Below are positions 39,834 through 49,238 of a stretch of 64,000 nt of DNA, piece by piece. The translations under genes were made by a program, and so were the position numbers. This stretch comes from a virus (lineage: Duplodnaviria > Caudoviricetes). The stretch covers positions 22,369 to 86,368 of the IMG/VR virus record IMGVR_UViG_3300048121_000993. One strand, 5' to 3'. Numbering within the stretch: the stretch's first letter is position 1; each line of letters begins with the position of its first letter. The notes beneath the pieces are model-generated. The model saw only the letters and a program-made list of their open reading frames with translations, made no database searches and had not been told where the DNA came from.

Positions 39834-40572
39834 TTTTCTTAATATATTGATTTCCAAAGTGATCGTATAACCCATCAAAGAACTGAAACTTAGTAATAGC
39901 TTTACCAGTTCCTTTCATTCTATCTTTAAATCGTTGCCACCATGTTACTTTGGTTTTGATATGCACATCATATGTAATATATTCTATTTGCCCTACATGT
40001 TTGTAATATCCAAAGAATGGAACTCTAGTAACGACATCATTGTTATTAACAAATCTATACGCCTCTATATCATTGAACTGTTTACCCCATTCTCTGTCAC
40101 CTACTTTTGGTGACCCATATGTATATAAAACTAAATCTGCACCTGCTTGGTGAAATCTACTAGCACATATAGTTGCCATTGCAGCTCCCAAACTATGTCC
40201 AGTAATTACTATTTTTTTAGTAGTTAGTTTTTTACCTAACCATTTAATAATTTCAGGATATAGTTTATCTAGCTCAGTTTTAAATCCAGAATGTACTGTA
40301 CCTGTTGTATCAGCACTTGCTGGCCAAGCCTTAATATCTGCTATTAAGTCGCCCATTTGAGCGCCTTCAGTACCTCTAAAAGCAACGATCACATAGTCAG
40401 GCATAACAATACCATAACCTTGTGCGTTTTCTTTTTCAAAGAATTTAACACTCGAATGTTTTATTTTATTATCTTTTAGGAATTTAACTACTTCTGGTTT
40501 TTCTTCGTATACTATTTTTGATACATCTATACATAATTCTGCCAGATGCCAATCTATATTATTTTTTAACAA
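39817..40572 (-). CDS. class 3 lipase
   Basis: VAFRGT, VHSGF, TGHSLG, TYGSPKVG, DVVTRVP. Confidence 0.9.
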   Translation of the reverse strand: MLKNNIDWHLAELCIDVSKIVYEEKPEVVKFLKDNKIKHSSVKFFEKENAQGYGIVMPDYVIVAFRGTEGAQMGDLIADIKAWPASADTTGTVHSGFKTELDKLYPEIIKWLGKKLTTKKIVITGHSLGAAMATICASRFHQAGADLVLYTYGSPKVGDREWGKQFNDIEAYRFVNNNDVVTRVPFFGYYKHVGQIEYITYDVHIKTKVTWWQRFKDRMKGTGKAITKFQFFDGLYDHFGNQYIKKIKTRK

Positions 40573-40870
40573 TTAATTTCTCCAGTCTGTGTGTAGGTAT
40601 GCGGGTATTATAGATATATCTCCACACCTTACCACGACCATTATCAATTTCAAATATAGTTTCTCGCATACCTATACTAATAATAGTGGCTTTTTCTCCA
40701 TCTAAGAATACTTCGTCGCCGGGTTCAAATCCAGGCTTCATTTTCCAACGAAGACTTGCTACAAAATCTCCTACAGCTTCTTTAAACCATAATACTATTA
40801 TTGCAGTAATTCCTAGCCCTATTAACGGTTCTAATAACATTGATATTTTCATTGCTTCTGATTCTAACAT
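40559..40870 (-). CDS. MscS-like small membrane protein
   Basis: TM helix then FEPGDEV..DG....ISIGMRET...IYN. Confidence 0.6.
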   Translation of the reverse strand: MLESEAMKISMLLEPLIGLGITAIIVLWFKEAVGDFVASLRWKMKPGFEPGDEVFLDGEKATIISIGMRETIFEIDNGRGKVWRYIYNTRIPTHRLEKLIVKK

Positions 40871-40960
40871 ACTATAACTATTTATTAAAAATAGACAAAA
40901 ACTATTGACAAACAGATAATAATATACTATAATTACACTAATGAAATAAAGGAGTCTATA

Positions 40961-41497
40961 ATGACGAAAGAAAATAGCAATGTACCAGCAGTTACATTTA
41001 AAGTACGAGTACCAGATCCGTCAAACAGTAAAACAAATTCCTGTGAGATTGTACCATCAACTTGGGCAGAGCTAACAACAGATGAAATCTTCAAAGATAA
41101 ACTAGTTGTAGTGTTTAGTTTACCGGGTGCATTTACACCAACATGTAGTACATTCCAGTTACCTGGATTTGAATTATATGCACAGGATTTTTATGATATA
41201 GGTGTAAGCGACATTTACTGTATCAGTGTTAATGATTCATTTGTTATGAATGCATGGCGTGATGCTAATAATCTTAAGAATGTTAAAGTATTGCCAGATG
41301 GTAATGGAACATTTACAGAAGCCATGGGTCAGTTAATTGACATGAGTGGTGTAGGATTTAACAAGCGTAGTAGACGATATGCAATGATTGTTGAGAACGG
41401 TGTAATTAACAAAATGTTTATTGAACCCGATGCATCAGCAGAAGATTCTGATCCGTATGGTGAAACAACACCAGAAAATGTTTTTGCATCTTTATAG
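40961..41497 (+). CDS. peroxiredoxin (Prx5 type)
   Basis: LPGAFTPTCS, SVNDSFVM, DGNG.F, RS.RYAM. Confidence 0.92.
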   Translation: MTKENSNVPAVTFKVRVPDPSNSKTNSCEIVPSTWAELTTDEIFKDKLVVVFSLPGAFTPTCSTFQLPGFELYAQDFYDIGVSDIYCISVNDSFVMNAWRDANNLKNVKVLPDGNGTFTEAMGQLIDMSGVGFNKRSRRYAMIVENGVINKMFIEPDASAEDSDPYGETTPENVFASL

Positions 41498-41508
41498 AGG
41501 AGTAGCAA

Positions 41509-42000
41509 TTGAAAATATTTAAAGAATCAATTGATAACTTCTTCAGGTGGGTTAACTCTAGCGAATTAGTAGAGTTAACTGATATTGATGTAAGTGAAGA
41601 TCCAGTAAGACCTGATTTGGACTTAGAATTCAGAACAAGTTATGGTAGAAAAATTTATGGACTAAAATACAAAGATAATATTGAAGGTATTATCTGTGTA
41701 GCATTTTGCAATGATTTGCCACAAAGTGAAAGAGAACTTAGCTTAATCAGTGAGAATGCACATTTACTTGAGAACGCCAATATTGCAGTTGCATATACAG
41801 TATGGTCACGTAAAAGAGGCGCAGGTAGAGAAATAGTAGCAAAACTAAAGCAACACATAGTAGAAAAAACAGATATTGAACGAATAGTTACATTATCGCC
41901 ATTAACACCAATGGCAGCACATTTTCATATAAGCAACGGTGCTAAGTTAGTACAGTATAATGCAACTACTCAGAATTTTGAGTATAAATTAGATAAATAG
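41509..42000 (+). CDS. GNAT-like protein (malonyl-CoA decarboxylase C-terminal-like motifs)
   Basis: AYTVWS..GAGR, TLSP, FHISNGA. Confidence 0.6.
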   Translation: MKIFKESIDNFFRWVNSSELVELTDIDVSEDPVRPDLDLEFRTSYGRKIYGLKYKDNIEGIICVAFCNDLPQSERELSLISENAHLLENANIAVAYTVWSRKRGAGREIVAKLKQHIVEKTDIERIVTLSPLTPMAAHFHISNGAKLVQYNATTQNFEYKLDK

Positions 42001-42021
42001 TATTTCAAATAGGAAGAAATT

Positions 42022-42432
42022 ATGGCATATAGCGAAAAAGTGCTAGACCATTACAATAATCCAAGAAATGTAGGTAAGTTCGACCCCAAGGAAGATAATA
42101 TCGGAACTGGAATGGTAGGCGCACCTGCATGTGGTGATGTAATGCGTTTACAAATTAAAGTAACAGAAGATGGCATTATTGAAGATGCAAAATTCAAAAC
42201 ATACGGTTGTGGAAGTGCAATTGCTAGTTCAAGTATGGTAACAACTATGCTTAAAGGTATGACACTAGATCAAGCACAAGAGATTAAAAACACAACAATA
42301 GTAGAAGAACTTGCATTGCCACCAGTTAAGATACACTGTAGCGTATTGGCAGAAGATGCCATTAAAGCCGCAGTTAGAGATTATTCTGGAAAAAAACAAC
42401 AAATAAACGCAAAACCGGTTGACATAACTTAA
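42022..42432 (+). CDS. iscU: Fe-S cluster scaffold protein
   Basis: GAPACGD, GCGSAIASS, LPPVKIHCS. Confidence 0.96.
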   Translation: MAYSEKVLDHYNNPRNVGKFDPKEDNIGTGMVGAPACGDVMRLQIKVTEDGIIEDAKFKTYGCGSAIASSSMVTTMLKGMTLDQAQEIKNTTIVEELALPPVKIHCSVLAEDAIKAAVRDYSGKKQQINAKPVDIT

Positions 42433-42454
42433 TTTTGTGTTATCATAAATAATA

Positions 42455-42741
42455 CGCAATGTTGAAATTTACTCAACGCTGATTCAGGACTCCGGGGCGG
42501 TACCGGACAACTCCACCATAAACACATTGTTACTAGTAGTTCATAGTGTGTTTTTGATGGGGTTGAAATAGGTTCGACTGGGTAGCTAATAGGTAAAGGG
42601 AGTTGCCGGGATGTAAGCGCCGTTACCGCGAACAAACTTTATAATTGCAAATGACAATTATTCGCCAGAAATGGCATTAGCAGCCTAATTTAGGTATGTA
42701 GGGGTTTTTGCAAGTTGAGCCTGGCAACAGAATCAACTTGC
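42455..42741 (+). ncRNA. ssrA: two-piece (circularly permuted) tmRNA
   Basis: Acceptor piece ends CAACTCCACCA (42518) with T-loop GGCGGTA; intervening hairpin; coding piece starts GGGGTTGAAATAGGTTCGAC (42559); tag 42647..42688 ANDNYSPEMALAA*; terminal CCTGGCAACAG hairpin. Confidence 0.92.
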
Positions 42742-42795
42742 TACTATAATGCAATTAGCGTTAAAGTATGTAATAATAAAAATCAAGGAAATATT

Positions 42796-43380
42796 ATGAG
42801 AAATATTATAATGACGGCGGCTCTAATGGTCGCTTTAACTGGAACGGCACAAGCCGAGAACTATGACAATACAACAGTCTCAATGGCTGCCGAATCGGCA
42901 ACTATGGGAGTTTCATTGTCAACTAACGATACATCTAGATCAATTGATGTGTACACAATGGGAAGATCATTAGATTTTGGAGCAGGAGTAAGTGATAACG
43001 GAACTAACCGTGATTATAGTGTTTCTGTTGGAAAAACTTTAGATGTTCTTAATGTAGGACCAGTTGGTACTTACCTAAGTGGTGAAGCTGAATACAATTG
43101 GGGAGATACATTTACTAAATCAGAAATGCATTTCACTCCAACTGTAGGTGGTAAAATGGACCTAGGTCTTATTGCCCCATATGCTGAAGTTGACTATATG
43201 TTAAAATCAGTAGAAGGTGACTTTACAAGTATTGATAAAGCAACACCAAACTTTACTATCGGTACGAAAGTTGCGTTAGGTACATCTACTTCATTAAATG
43301 CCAAGTTGACTAATTCACTTAACAGTGATTGGAAATCAACTGACAAAGAAGTTAGTGTAGGACTTACAGTTAGTTTTTAA
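42796..43380 (+). CDS. outer-membrane beta-barrel protein
   Basis: Signal peptide (AQA), alternating beta strands, C-terminal VGLTVSF. Confidence 0.75.
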   Translation: MRNIIMTAALMVALTGTAQAENYDNTTVSMAAESATMGVSLSTNDTSRSIDVYTMGRSLDFGAGVSDNGTNRDYSVSVGKTLDVLNVGPVGTYLSGEAEYNWGDTFTKSEMHFTPTVGGKMDLGLIAPYAEVDYMLKSVEGDFTSIDKATPNFTIGTKVALGTSTSLNAKLTNSLNSDWKSTDKEVSVGLTVSF

Positions 43381-43397
43381 ACTTAACAAATAAGTTA

Positions 43398-43425
43398 AAA
43401 AGGTCGCTTTATGCGGCCTTTTTTT
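43398..43425 (+). terminator. intrinsic terminator
   Basis: aaaaGGTCGC-ttta-tGCGGCCttttttt. Confidence 0.8.
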
Positions 43426-43465
43426 ATGGTTGACTAATCGGGTTAAATGTTATATATTAATGAAT

Positions 43466-43542
43466 GGACCCGTAGCTCAGTTGGATAGAGCATTGGTTTG
43501 CGGAACCAAAGGCCAGAGGTTCGAATCCTCTCGGGTCCGCCA
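43466..43542 (+). tRNA. tRNA-Arg(GCG)
   Basis: Cloverleaf, loop TT-GCG-GA, D-loop A20, CCA. Confidence 0.9.
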
Positions 43543-43543
43543 A

Positions 43544-44902
43544 TTAGAATTTTTGCCAAGGAAACAATTTAGGCAAGTATTCAAATTTAGGATGATTGTT
43601 CATGCTTTGTATCACAAATCCTTTGGCTATAAATTTATCTTTATAATTGTCAAAGAATTTAATATAGTCTGCTTCTGTATTTAATCTAATATTTTTACTG
43701 TATAATGTTGCATTTACTTCATAGTTAAAAGCATTACTAACATCAATAAAAATCTTTTCATCATCTTCTATTCTATGCATTGAATCTATTAAGTGCATAG
43801 TCATCGTGTTAATGTCCATTAAGTCAATCTCTTCAAATTGTAATAAAAAAGTTTTTGCAGTAGTATTCCACCATTCTTGAAATGGTTCACCTAAGGCATC
43901 TATATATGCATCTACTTCATCTAAAAAATCTGTACATGCAAAATGATGTCCTAATATTGGATTTTCTTCCATGTAATCTAAAACAAGTTGTTTCCAATTA
44001 CGACCATCCCAATTATTAAACATATAATTTTGCATATGTACTGCTAATGGATCAGCATCATAAAATACAAGTTCACCACCTGGTTTAAGATTTCTTATAT
44101 ATGCATTTGAAATAGGACTTATTCCTCCACAAGTACTGTATACAGAACTTGTAATTTGCTCTTGTACTTCTTTATCCAGTGTTTCGGTATTTGCTGCAAA
44201 CCATCTAGAAACCCATAACTGTTTTCCAATGCTATGTACTTTTTCATAATGATCTAAATTTTCACCATATACATATTCTTTACCTCGGCGCAGATCTTTA
44301 TTCCATATTCCTACTTTTTGATTATCTTGCATTGCTACATTAAGTAAATTATGACCAGCCCATTTGCCTACTGCATTTACTGTTTCGTTTGTAGCAGTAA
44401 TTGAAACTGGATTATATGTTTGCCAATCACTTAATGTTTCTTCACTTCTTTCAATGTTAGTTGCAGTCCATTCTACATTTTCTTCAAAGTCTCCAAATTC
44501 TGGCTTGCCTACACTAGCCCACCATTCCAAGTCTATCCACATTGTTTGTGGGTGTATTTGCCACCATGCGTCACCTCGGTCTAATATATGTCCTACAATT
44601 ACACAGTCTTTATATTCAGTATCCCAATATGGTTTAGATTTTTCTACAAAATTATTTAATATTATACCTTGCTTACACATTAATAGACCTTTAAATCCGG
44701 CATCTATTCCCTTATTACACAATTCAACAAAATCATCTGAAGATACCTGTGGTATGCGTCGATATTTAAAACTGTAAAAGTCTAATAAGTTTTGTGTAGT
44801 TCCTTCTACTGCTTTATCTATAATTCTATTGTTTAGTAACCAGCCTATGCCAGTCATTGGTGGTAGCTTATCCGGTGTATGTTCGAAGTTATAATGTTTC
44901 AT
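43544..44902 (-). CDS. hypothetical, paralog of 23273..24358 (possible methyltransferase-like C-terminal half)
   Basis: 452 aa; shared motifs; AAGGA RBS. Confidence 0.8.
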   Translation of the reverse strand: MKHYNFEHTPDKLPPMTGIGWLLNNRIIDKAVEGTTQNLLDFYSFKYRRIPQVSSDDFVELCNKGIDAGFKGLLMCKQGIILNNFVEKSKPYWDTEYKDCVIVGHILDRGDAWWQIHPQTMWIDLEWWASVGKPEFGDFEENVEWTATNIERSEETLSDWQTYNPVSITATNETVNAVGKWAGHNLLNVAMQDNQKVGIWNKDLRRGKEYVYGENLDHYEKVHSIGKQLWVSRWFAANTETLDKEVQEQITSSVYSTCGGISPISNAYIRNLKPGGELVFYDADPLAVHMQNYMFNNWDGRNWKQLVLDYMEENPILGHHFACTDFLDEVDAYIDALGEPFQEWWNTTAKTFLLQFEEIDLMDINTMTMHLIDSMHRIEDDEKIFIDVSNAFNYEVNATLYSKNIRLNTEADYIKFFDNYKDKFIAKGFVIQSMNNHPKFEYLPKLFPWQKF

Positions 44903-45102
44903 ATTTTTCCTTAAAAAAGTGTTGACTTAGTCATGTGTATGTCGTATAATGTATGCATTGTTGTTGGAATAGTCGATTTCATTAACAAAGTATATTACTA
45001 TTTATTATCTTAGGTAAACAGTATATATAAGATAAAATAAATAGTTGACAGAGATATGACTATTGTGTTATACTAATAACACTAAAACAAGGAAGAGCGG
45101 AT

Positions 45103-45336
45103 ATGATTAGTAGTAGACAAATTGTGGAAATCATCAAAGATGAAATGAACAAAGAAGAGAACAGCCAGGAAGTCCGTATGGCACTGAAAAAAGTTAAGGA
45201 ACGCATAGAGATTTTGGAAGAAATTGATTATGTGAATACAGTTAAACAACCTTATTTAGAAGAACCAACTAGTAAACAAAGTAAAGAAAAGCAAACAGCA
45301 GCACAAGCCTTTGAGGAATTATTTGGCTTAAAATAA
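45103..45336 (+). CDS. hypothetical protein
   Basis: After a TTGACA...TATACT promoter. Confidence 0.7.
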   Translation: MISSRQIVEIIKDEMNKEENSQEVRMALKKVKERIEILEEIDYVNTVKQPYLEEPTSKQSKEKQTAAQAFEELFGLK

Positions 45337-45518
45337 TGAATCTGGAATATAGTGAAATTGTTAACAAGATAGAAGTTTCGCAAGAATTAATAGAGGTGTT
45401 CAAAAGCCGTATCAAGCCAAGTGCTACTGGATACCTCTATACAACAATAAGCACACTAGAACAATATATAACAGAACTTGAAAAACAATTAGTAACAATG
45501 GAAAATAACAATGCTTAA
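45336..45518 (+). CDS. hypothetical protein
   Basis: TAATG coupling. Confidence 0.65.
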   Translation: MNLEYSEIVNKIEVSQELIEVFKSRIKPSATGYLYTTISTLEQYITELEKQLVTMENNNA

Positions 45519-45801
45519 ACTAAAAGATGTAAAATGGGACAACACAACAACTCCTACTGGAGTAGCAGCTACCATTGGTTTTGGCAATGAGTACAAAATA
45601 AGCATCATTCAAAATGATATATCATATGGTGGTGATAAAGGCTTGTACGAAATTGCAGTATTGCACAAAGATGAATTTACATCACTTCCTGGTATTACTA
45701 ATCCAAATGATACAGTCGCCGGCTATCTCACTGAAGATAGCGTTAATAACATCTTACTCAAGATGTACACTCTAACAAAAAGAACCCCTTTACAAATTTA
45801 A
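45511..45801 (+). CDS. conserved phage hypothetical
   Basis: SYGG..GLYEIAV...D.V.GYLT motif. Confidence 0.75.
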   Translation: MLKLKDVKWDNTTTPTGVAATIGFGNEYKISIIQNDISYGGDKGLYEIAVLHKDEFTSLPGITNPNDTVAGYLTEDSVNNILLKMYTLTKRTPLQI

Positions 45802-45810
45802 ACCAATTAT

Positions 45811-45887
45811 CCGCTCTTAGCTCAGCTGGATAGAGCAACTGCCTTCTAAGCAGTAGGTCACAGGTTCGAATCCTGTAGAGCGGGCCA
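45811..45887 (+). tRNA. tRNA-Arg(UCU)
   Basis: Loop CT-TCT-AA, CCA. Confidence 0.95.
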
Positions 45888-45918
45888 ACACAACCGAAGT
45901 AACAGAAAGAAGATTAAA

Positions 45919-46209
45919 ATGACAAGTTTTATAATTGACTGGTATAATGTAATAATGGATAGTGAAAAGAATCCATTAAGTAATATCAAAGATTTAAGAG
46001 TACGCCATATGGTGATGCAAATATTAGCATGGATGTGGTGCATAGTGTTTACTGCAATGACAGGTACTTGGATGTATCTAGGTGCTAACATACTAATACA
46101 CACATTACTATTAGGTGCAGTATGTTTAACAGTAGCAACATTTGAAGCAGCTAAACGCAAACCACAAATATTTTATACATTGCGTGGTGACGGCGGCGAA
46201 CACGAATAA
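45919..46209 (+). CDS. small membrane protein
   Basis: NPL..I.D..VRHMVMQILAWMWCIVF; two TM segments. Confidence 0.75.
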   Translation: MTSFIIDWYNVIMDSEKNPLSNIKDLRVRHMVMQILAWMWCIVFTAMTGTWMYLGANILIHTLLLGAVCLTVATFEAAKRKPQIFYTLRGDGGEHE

Positions 46210-46217
46210 GAATTAGT

Positions 46218-46301
46218 GCTCGCATGATGGAATGGTAGACATAACAGACTTAAAATCTGTGGCCGTAAGGCGTCCCGGTTCGAGTCCGGGTGCGAGTACC
46301 A
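46218..46301 (+). tRNA. tRNA-Leu(UAA)
   Basis: Loop CT-TAA-AA, long variable arm, CCA. Confidence 0.93.
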
Positions 46302-46312
46302 AAGAATAGTGT

Positions 46313-46387
46313 GGGACTGTAGCTTAGTGGTAGAGCAAGACGCTCATAACGTCCAGGTCGTTGGTTCGATCCCAACCAGTCCCACCA
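46313..46387 (+). tRNA. tRNA with CAU anticodon (Ile2 or elongator Met)
   Basis: Loop CT-CAT-AA; paired 1-72, so not an initiator; CCA. Confidence 0.9.
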
Positions 46388-46405
46388 TGAAAGAAGGAAC
46401 TATGT

Positions 46406-46630
46406 ATGTTTACAGTAGAAGAAGAATTCGATGAAAGCATTATAACAGTAATGGATACTAAAGAAAAGTTTCAAGATGTTAAAGTGTATTTCCAAGAAGA
46501 TGTTATTTACATTACACAATATAACGAAGAGTTTGACACTCATGATGTAGTGAAAGTATCAACTGAAATGTGGGAAATGTTAATTGAAGGATACAATCGT
46601 ACACAAGGAACATACATAATTACTAAATAA
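46406..46630 (+). CDS. hypothetical protein
   Basis: AAGGA RBS; lies between tRNAs. Confidence 0.7.
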   Translation: MFTVEEEFDESIITVMDTKEKFQDVKVYFQEDVIYITQYNEEFDTHDVVKVSTEMWEMLIEGYNRTQGTYIITK

Positions 46631-46718
46631 GGACAGTTGGCTGAGTGGTCGAAAGCACCGGTTTACTAAACCGACGAAGGGCAACCTTCCTAGGGTTCGA
46701 ATCCCTAACTGTCCGCCA
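46631..46718 (+). tRNA. tRNA-Ser(ACU)
   Basis: Long variable arm, G73, loop TT-ACT-AA, CCA. Confidence 0.88.
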
Positions 46719-46729
46719 GTTACTGGTAA

Positions 46730-46804
46730 TGGAACGTAGCATAATGGTAATGCACCGCTTTTTGGTAGCGTAGAGTATAGGTTCGAGTCCTATCGTTCCA
46801 GCCA
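46730..46804 (+). tRNA. tRNA-Gln(UUG)
   Basis: U1-A72, loop TT-TTG-GT, CCA. Confidence 0.9.
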
Positions 46805-46811
46805 CAGTTAT

Positions 46812-46885
46812 AGGGGTGTAGTGAAATGGTATCACGGCGGATTCCAAATCCGCAAGTAGGAGTTCGATTCTCTTCACCTTTGCCA
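46812..46885 (+). tRNA. tRNA-Trp(CCA)
   Basis: Loop TT-CCA-AA, G73, CCA. Confidence 0.92.
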
Positions 46886-47034
46886 ATATTATGAATAAAT
46901 ACACTTGACATATACACATTTCTAGTGTAAACTAATTTAATATAGCAACTCAGGCAACAATCGTCTGAGTTATCTATGTTAAAAATGTGAGAAGATTCTC
47001 ACAGTAGACTATATAATATAAAAAGGAGATCAAT

Positions 47035-47202
47035 ATGATTGAATGGATTAAAGATAGACTAAGCGAACGTACATCTTGGGATGGCGGCGCTCTAATTGCC
47101 GTAGGAGTTATTACACTTTTCTTTAGTGCAATTATTCCAGTAAACTTATTAGCCTGGGCAGCCATTGTATATGGTGCTTGGACATTGCTTAAAAGCGAAT
47201 AA
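47035..47202 (+). CDS. small two-TM protein, possible holin
   Basis: AGGAG RBS; MIEWIKDRLSERTSWDG followed by hydrophobic helices; directly before the endolysin. Confidence 0.6.
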   Translation: MIEWIKDRLSERTSWDGGALIAVGVITLFFSAIIPVNLLAWAAIVYGAWTLLKSE

Positions 47203-47207
47203 GTTTA

Positions 47208-48035
47208 ATGCAATTTGATTTTAAAGTAGAGCAAGTCGCAGAACTACTGCCACGCATTGAAGCACAAGTATGGTTTGATGCTATGACTAGAGTTTTGCCC
47301 AAGTGGGATATAGATACAGTTGATAGAGTTGCAGGGTTTATTGCCCAAACAAGTCATGAATCAGCTGGATATTCTGTTCTAACTGAGAATCTAAACTACA
47401 GTGCCGAAGCACTGGATAAGATTTTTCCAAAGTATTTTAAACGAGCAGGACGAGATGCAAGAAATTATCATAGGCAACCTGAAAAGATTGCAAATATGAT
47501 TTATGCAAATCGTATGGATAATGGTGGTATAGATAGTGGAGATGGCTGGCGCTTTAGAGGTGGCGGTATTCTTCAACTAACTGGACGATATAATTATACA
47601 CAATTTGGTAAAGCAGAAGATATGAGTGCAGAAGAAGCCACAGAGTTTGTTCGCAGTCCTATTGGAGCATTAGCAAGTGCATGCTGGTTTTGGGATACTA
47701 ACAACATTAACCGTTATTGTGATAATCAGGATATAACTGGTATGACAAAACGCATTAATGGTGGAACTATCGGACTGGAAGATCGCAAAAAACATTACGC
47801 ACATGCTTTAGAAGTTTTAGGTGGACATTATACTCCACGCAAAGTATATGAAACAGTGCGTCTTGGATCTCGAGGTCCAACTGTAGCAAAATTACAAGAA
47901 ACACTTGGACTTACTGCAGACGGTATCTTTGGAAAAGGTACAGAAGCAAAACTTAAAGGTTGGCAATCACTTAGAGGATTAACACCAGACGGTATTGCAG
48001 GACCTAATACGTTAGGAATCTTATTTAATGATTAA
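47208..48035 (+). CDS. GH19 endolysin with C-terminal peptidoglycan-binding domain
   Basis: FIAQTSHES, ENLNYS, FRGGGILQLTG, RINGG; ADGIFG..T, PDGIAGP.T. Confidence 0.9.
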   Translation: MQFDFKVEQVAELLPRIEAQVWFDAMTRVLPKWDIDTVDRVAGFIAQTSHESAGYSVLTENLNYSAEALDKIFPKYFKRAGRDARNYHRQPEKIANMIYANRMDNGGIDSGDGWRFRGGGILQLTGRYNYTQFGKAEDMSAEEATEFVRSPIGALASACWFWDTNNINRYCDNQDITGMTKRINGGTIGLEDRKKHYAHALEVLGGHYTPRKVYETVRLGSRGPTVAKLQETLGLTADGIFGKGTEAKLKGWQSLRGLTPDGIAGPNTLGILFND

Positions 48036-48038
48036 TGG

Positions 48039-49238
48039 GTGAGGACAATGGACAATAATTTACACAGTAAAAGTTGGTGTCCACTCCCATTTAACGCTAT
48101 TAGCTTTCATCCTACAGGAGCATTAACTCGTTGCATGATGAGTAATATTCCAATGGGTGAAAGTTTTGATAGTGTACAAATGCAACAGCTACGCCAAGAT
48201 ATGCTTGACGGTAAGTGGGATAAAGAAGGTTGCATTAGTTGTTGGAAAAAAGAAGAACAAGGCAACATAAGCCAAAGACAAAAATGGCTACAAAGAAACC
48301 CACAAGATTTTAAAAGTCCTGAAGGATATAATAATCCACAATTAACAGGCAATCCAATAAATCATATGTTTGTAAATTATAGCAACATATGTAATTTTAA
48401 ATGTAGAATGTGTGGACCTAATTACAGTAATAGTCTTATTCCAGAACACAAACATTTACATTCTATTGGATTAGGAAAACAAGTAAAAGTAGAGTCTATT
48501 AAAAATAGAAACTTTATAAATGATTACTTAAAAAATAACCCAAACAGCTTAGATAATGTAAACAGTATATGGATAACAGGCGGTGAGCCTCTTATGGATG
48601 ATAATTGTTATGAACTTATTGATATTTTAGATGACTATGATAAATCATGGGAAACTGATATGGTTATTACAACCAACGGTTCTAAGGTTGATTTAGATAA
48701 ATTACAAAAGTTTGATAACTTGAAGTTCTTTGAACTTGATTTAAGTTTAGATACTCCGGGCAGTATGTTTGAATATATGCGTAGTGCAGGCATATTCACA
48801 TGGGAGCAAATGAAAAAACTAATAGATGATTTGGCACACTTTAAAAAAGAAAACAGTAGTTGGTTTCATATGTGTTTTAACGCAAGTATACAAGCATACA
48901 ACTTTGATACAGTATTAGAATTTGACAAAATATGCAGAGATGCAAATGCACTAAATAATACTAGGATGTTAATATTTCCAGAACACTTTAGATTAGATGT
49001 ACTACCACTGGAAATGAGACAAGCAGAATTAAGAAAAATAAAAGACTACACAGTTGCAGCATACGATCCTAGGTTCCAACGAACATTCACAGATATATGC
49101 AATAGTATGGCTAAGCCACAAGCAAGCAATGAAATAGTAGACAAGTTTAAACAAATAACAAAAGCACAAGATACATACAGAGGTATGCACATAACAGATT
49201 ACCACACACAATTAGCAGAATTTATATATGACAGATAA
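48039..49238 (+). CDS. radical SAM protein with N-terminal twitch-like domain
   Basis: WCPLPF..RC, CISC, CNFKCRMC, TGGEP, TTNG. Confidence 0.9.
   Translation: MRTMDNNLHSKSWCPLPFNAISFHPTGALTRCMMSNIPMGESFDSVQMQQLRQDMLDGKWDKEGCISCWKKEEQGNISQRQKWLQRNPQDFKSPEGYNNPQLTGNPINHMFVNYSNICNFKCRMCGPNYSNSLIPEHKHLHSIGLGKQVKVESIKNRNFINDYLKNNPNSLDNVNSIWITGGEPLMDDNCYELIDILDDYDKSWETDMVITTNGSKVDLDKLQKFDNLKFFELDLSLDTPGSMFEYMRSAGIFTWEQMKKLIDDLAHFKKENSSWFHMCFNASIQAYNFDTVLEFDKICRDANALNNTRMLIFPEHFRLDVLPLEMRQAELRKIKDYTVAAYDPRFQRTFTDICNSMAKPQASNEIVDKFKQITKAQDTYRGMHITDYHTQLAEFIYDR

Noticed and set aside
43430-43684. ORF-track entries overlapping RNA genes (43430+, 42429-, 45858-, 46623-, 46720-) and the 42715 upstream start
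   Set aside because: They overlap tRNA or tmRNA genes and are shadow frames
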